From an uncultured Bryocella sp. (GTDB taxonomy: Bacteria > Acidobacteriota > Terriglobia > Terriglobales > Acidobacteriaceae), in the NCBI GenBank assembly GCA_964248555.1, contig CAXTZL010000001.1:1-51193 (forward strand): DNA of 51,193 nucleotides, given 5' to 3'. Below, piece after piece: positions 47,745-51,193 of this stretch. Numbering within the stretch: position 1 is the stretch's first letter; the number at the start of each line of letters is the position of its first letter. A program made the position numbers and the translations under genes. Under the pieces are notes generated by a model that was not told where the DNA came from, ran no database searches, and worked only from the letters and a program-made list of their open reading frames with translations.

Positions 47745-48815
47745 TCATGGCGCGACCGCCACCGCGGCCATGGCGCGAATCGAAACCACGGGATTGGTTC
47801 CCGGGGTCTCCGCGATCACCCAAAGGTTGTCAAAACCCGATCGCAGCTCCGGATGGGCTTTCAGCAAGGCGTCACCCGCCGCGACATCGCGCTGCAAAGC
47901 GGCCTGTGCGTCGTTTCCGCCCTCGCCCCGCAGATGCACCAGTAGATTCAGCTGCTTGCCATCCGAAGACGCCTCACTACCAAGTCCTGTAATGCGGAAC
48001 TCCGTCCCGTTCGCCCCCGCCAGCGCCAAAGGCGTTTTCTCGCTTACCCCATCCACCAACGCGGGCGGAGTGGCCGCTCGCAACTCCGAGCGCAGCCGAA
48101 AAAGATTGCTCGTCGCAACAAAATTCGCCGGCCGCAGCAGCTGATCCGCCTCGCCGTACAGCACCCAGGCAAGCCATGGCTTGCCCGCCTTTGTGTCGGC
48201 CCGGGCCGTCGTCCAGTACCAGAGGCCATCGTGACCGGCGGCGGTGCGGCGGTGCGGGTAGAAACCGGCCAGCCTCCATCCGGACCTCGTCGATTGCAGA
48301 AGAGTCGATTGCAGAAGAAAGGACAGCGTATACGGCTGCGCTCCGTTCGCCTCGACCATGGCAAAGGCATAACGGCCGGGTGGCAGGCCGGAGATCGAAA
48401 AATCCGTCTCCGCCGCGGTGCCAGACAGCGGGCACGTAAACTCGGCATCACCCGCGTCCGTGCTCGAACGGTTGCTCGCATCCAGAAGGTACATCTGGGT
48501 CACCACCAGCGAATCGCCCTTCAGCTCGGCCGCCGTACTCTCAATCAAACTCTCCGTCGCACCGAAATCAGCAGTCAGCTGAGAGACCGTGTCCGCCCGC
48601 ACGGCCGCCGCGTTGTCACCCTGCACCGCGGCAGCCAGCCGAAAGGCCACCGCGCCCACCTCGGTCCGCTGCTCGGCCGTGGCCTTTGCCTGCGTCGTGC
48701 AGCTCTGCGCCACAGCGATGGCGCCAGTCCCGATGCCAACGCCCAGCAGCACTGAAAAACAGGCCGTCCGAGCGTACTTCTGCATCCTGGGCCGGGTTGC
48801 TGTTTGACTCCACAT
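47745..48815 (-). CDS. Exported hypothetical protein
   Basis: Signal peptide ending AVA-QSC; codon-biased long ORF; start at 48815 follows TATGCT+7 nt. Confidence 0.7.
   Translation of the reverse strand: MWSQTATRPRMQKYARTACFSVLLGVGIGTGAIAVAQSCTTQAKATAEQRTEVGAVAFRLAAAVQGDNAAAVRADTVSQLTADFGATESLIESTAAELKGDSLVVTQMYLLDASNRSSTDAGDAEFTCPLSGTAAETDFSISGLPPGRYAFAMVEANGAQPYTLSFLLQSTLLQSTRSGWRLAGFYPHRRTAAGHDGLWYWTTARADTKAGKPWLAWVLYGEADQLLRPANFVATSNLFRLRSELRAATPPALVDGVSEKTPLALAGANGTEFRITGLGSEASSDGKQLNLLVHLRGEGGNDAQAALQRDVAAGDALLKAHPELRSGFDNLWVIAETPGTNPVVSIRAMAAVAVAP
48289..48318. repeat. Perfect 15-bp in-frame tandem duplication (LLQST x2)
   Basis: GTCGATTGCAGAAGA x2. Confidence 0.9.
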
Positions 48816-49013
48816 ACGGCCCAGCATACGAAGGGAACGCGATGCCGTCCAGCACCTGCGTTACGGTTGTTCCGTCATATCGTCCGAATCTGGGACACAT
48901 CGCATGCCACCAATGCCATTCCTGCCACCTTCGTGGCAGCCACGCCACGCGCCAGTCCATCAGTCTGGCCCCGTCAGGCTAACCCTTTGCGCGAACTCCA
49001 CGTCCGACTCTGC

Positions 49014-50132
49014 ATGATCGTCCGCCTGCGTCCGACATCCTTAGCCGCCCTGCTTGTTCTCGCTGTACCTGCAGCGACCCTGGCGCAGAACGCAAAGAGT
49101 CTCAAGGGCGCCACCCTTCCCCCGCTGGCGCCAACCAGCGTGAACGCTATCGCCACCTCCGGCTCCGTGGCCCCGCTCGCAGCGGTCGCAACCCCTGCCG
49201 ACCGCGCCGGTGGCCGCCGCCACCGCGCGCAGGTGCACTGTGAAGCCGGCCAGCTCACCGTCCGCGCCGACAACTCCAGCCTGAACGGCATCCTGCAGCA
49301 GATCAGTCGCTGCACGGGCATGAAGATCACCGGCGGCGTACTCGACCAGCGCGTCTTCGGCAACTACGGTCCAGCCGCCTCGGGAACGGTCCTGGCTACC
49401 CTGCTCGATGGCACCGGAAGCAACATCCTGCTACGCGAAACAGCCGCCGATCAGCCCGCCGAGCTCATCCTGACGCCCCGTACCGAAGGCCCGACGCCTC
49501 CCAGCCCCAATGCAACGCCCGACGACGATCCGGATGACCTCGGCGTCGCCACGGCCCCCACAGCAGCAACGGCCACAGCCAACAGCAGCACCCCAGCCGC
49601 CACGGGCGTCGCTCCTTCCACCGGGTACAATGCCCGTCAGGCAGCGAATGTCGGAAGCGGCGCAGCACCTGGCGTCGTCTCGGGCCCGGTCAGCATCCCG
49701 CAGCCAATCAACAACGTCAACGGCAGCCCCAGCAACACCTCGCCGACGGCCGCAAACTACCCTACGACCCACTCGGTCCCGCTGGACTCTCTTCCTACCC
49801 CGTCCACCACGCCTTCTACGACAGGCATCGTCGACGCACCCAACCCCCCACCCGCAGGATCGGACACGGCAGCGCTGCTAAACGGCAGAACCACCAATCA
49901 GCCCGGCAACATCGTCATAACCGACAAACCCACCACACCGGCAGCCAATGGCAGCGGGCAATCACAGAATGCCGCCCCTGCGGCGACCAGCCCGGCAGGG
50001 GCGGACGCGAACAGCAATGCGGGTACCGCACTCACGCCGCAGCAGATCTTTGAGGAACTACAAAAGCTGCGCCAGCAGCAGTCCCAGTCACCCCAGGGCC
50101 AAACACCCGCACCCTCGACACAACCGCAATAG
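49014..50132 (+). CDS. Exported protein with secretin N0/STN-like domain and long Pro/Thr/Ala-rich tail
   Basis: Signal peptide ending TLA-Q; LTVRADNSSLNGILQQISRCTGMKI..VLATLLDG; disordered tail ending TPQQIFEELQKLRQQQ. Confidence 0.7.
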   Translation: MIVRLRPTSLAALLVLAVPAATLAQNAKSLKGATLPPLAPTSVNAIATSGSVAPLAAVATPADRAGGRRHRAQVHCEAGQLTVRADNSSLNGILQQISRCTGMKITGGVLDQRVFGNYGPAASGTVLATLLDGTGSNILLRETAADQPAELILTPRTEGPTPPSPNATPDDDPDDLGVATAPTAATATANSSTPAATGVAPSTGYNARQAANVGSGAAPGVVSGPVSIPQPINNVNGSPSNTSPTAANYPTTHSVPLDSLPTPSTTPSTTGIVDAPNPPPAGSDTAALLNGRTTNQPGNIVITDKPTTPAANGSGQSQNAAPAATSPAGADANSNAGTALTPQQIFEELQKLRQQQSQSPQGQTPAPSTQPQ

Positions 50133-50174
50133 CGGCCAGGGCACGGCAGACCTCCGCGTATTTCGCAAATCCTG

Positions 50175-50342
50175 CTAGCTCCGCTGCGCCCGAAGCGCTT
50201 GGCCCGTCGTGGATCGGGACCGTGCCGCTGAAACCGAGTGAACCTTGAACACCTGAAACATGCCCTGGCAGATCCCGTACGCAACCAGCACACCCAACGC
50301 CAGAGAAGCCAGAACGGCGCACACCAACATCAACATCCCCAT
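50175..50342 (-). CDS. Small single-pass membrane protein (55 aa)
   Basis: SD AGGAG 5 nt before ATG 50342; hydrophobic LMLVCAVLASLALGVLVAYGIC then basic tail; lies in otherwise empty intergenic space. Confidence 0.6.
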   Translation of the reverse strand: MGMLMLVCAVLASLALGVLVAYGICQGMFQVFKVHSVSAARSRSTTGQALRAQRS

Positions 50343-50531
50343 ATCCACTCCTGGCCCGTCCACACTCCACGCCGGCGAAGGACCATGCTCATCTTCGCTT
50401 GAACCTGCGCGCCTGTCGTGAGGTAAAAGCGTGATCCCTGTTATTCAGGCCGATACCCTCTCGGCCAGCTCGGGGGCTGCCTTTACACACCGCCGCAAAT
50501 TGTCTCGTGCAAACACCGTATATCCTAACCG

Positions 50532-51193
50532 ATGGGTCCACTCGGGCCGTCCTTTCCTATGAGCCTTACCCACATCAACGTTCGCGGCGCGCGTCAACAC
50601 AATCTGCGCGACGTTTCGGTCTCCATCCCGCGTAATTCACTCACCGTCGTCACCGGCCTTTCCGGGTCGGGCAAAAGCTCGCTCGCCTTTGACACCATCT
50701 ACGCCGAAGGCCAGCGCCGCTATGTCGAAACCCTCTCCCCCTACGCCCGTCAGTTCCTCGACCAGATGGAGCGGCCCGACGTCGACTCCATCGACGGCCT
50801 CTCGCCCGCCATCTCCATCGAGCAGAAAACCACCTCGCGCTCCCCCCGCTCCACCGTCGGCACCATCACCGAAATTTACGACTACCTGCGCCTGCTCTGG
50901 GCCTCCGTCGGCCAGCCGCACTGCCCCAACTGCCATCAGCTCATCTCGCGCCAAAGCGCCGACCAAATTCTCGCCCAGATCGTCGCCCAGGCCGTCGAGC
51001 GCAACCAGGCCGGCTCTCCCCAGGAGCGCATCACCGTCCTCGCCCCCATCGTCCGCGGCCGCAAGGGCGAGTTCCGCGAAGAGATCGAAGCCCTCGACAA
51101 AAAGGGCTACCGCCTCCGCATCGACGGCGAAATGGCCGAAATCGAAGAAGGCATGCGCCTCGAAAAGCGCAAAAACCACACCCTCGAAGCCAT
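50532..51193 (+). CDS. uvrA: Excinuclease ABC subunit A, 3'-truncated (absent from the ORF track)
   Basis: [68 protein letters not shown]. Start 50532 (TATCCT+5 nt) or 50559. Confidence 0.97.
   Translation, partial: MGPLGPSFPMSLTHINVRGARQHNLRDVSVSIPRNSLTVVTGLSGSGKSSLAFDTIYAEGQRRYVETLSPYARQFLDQMERPDVDSIDGLSPAISIEQKTTSRSPRSTVGTITEIYDYLRLLWASVGQPHCPNCHQLISRQSADQILAQIVAQAVERNQAGSPQERITVLAPIVRGRKGEFREEIEALDKKGYRLRIDGEMAEIEEGMRLEKRKNHTLEA

Noticed and set aside
50343-50558. LexA/SOS box upstream of uvrA
   Set aside because: No GTTC-N7-GTTC, CTGT-N8-ACAG or GAAC-N4-GTTC match was found by eye.
50637-51179. 180-aa minus-strand ORF
   Set aside because: Antisense shadow of uvrA, which the ORF track missed because it runs off the window.
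1-51193. CRISPR array, tRNA/rRNA, prophage, integrase or transposase
   Set aside because: No repeat-spacer periodicity, cloverleaf or mobile-element motifs were seen; almost all sequence is explained by ordinary CDSs.

Overview
GC-rich bacterial chromosomal window; gene content and style suggest Acidobacteriaceae (inference). No rRNA, tRNA, CRISPR array, integrase or transposase was recognised. Left to right: the 3' part of uxaE; a guanine deaminase coupled to homoserine dehydrogenase; a divergent seven-gene urate/ureide catabolic cluster ending in a plant-type ureidoglycolate amidohydrolase (a predicted urea-free route); an exported protein plus TonB-dependent receptor pair behind a possible ECF promoter and switch-like leader; CocE hydrolase, CDGSH protein, Uma2 nuclease and rph; an NtrC-family regulator lacking GAFTGA followed by a pseudo-receiver/DHp-like protein; a LacD-type aldolase; a compact Wzx/Wzy exopolysaccharide locus flanked by an ATP-grasp enzyme and a flavoprotein; an amidase whose Tat signal is out of frame; DUF503-rbfA-nrnA without infB/truB; an ArnT-like transferase, GNAT, guaB, a stand-alone EAL protein, a permuted papain-like protein, ubiX, a hydrolase, a nitroreductase, three hypotheticals and the 5' part of uvrA. 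Many genes have a -10 hexamer 5-8 nt before the start codon, suggesting leaderless mRNAs. All family assignments come from motif recognition by eye; no searches were run.
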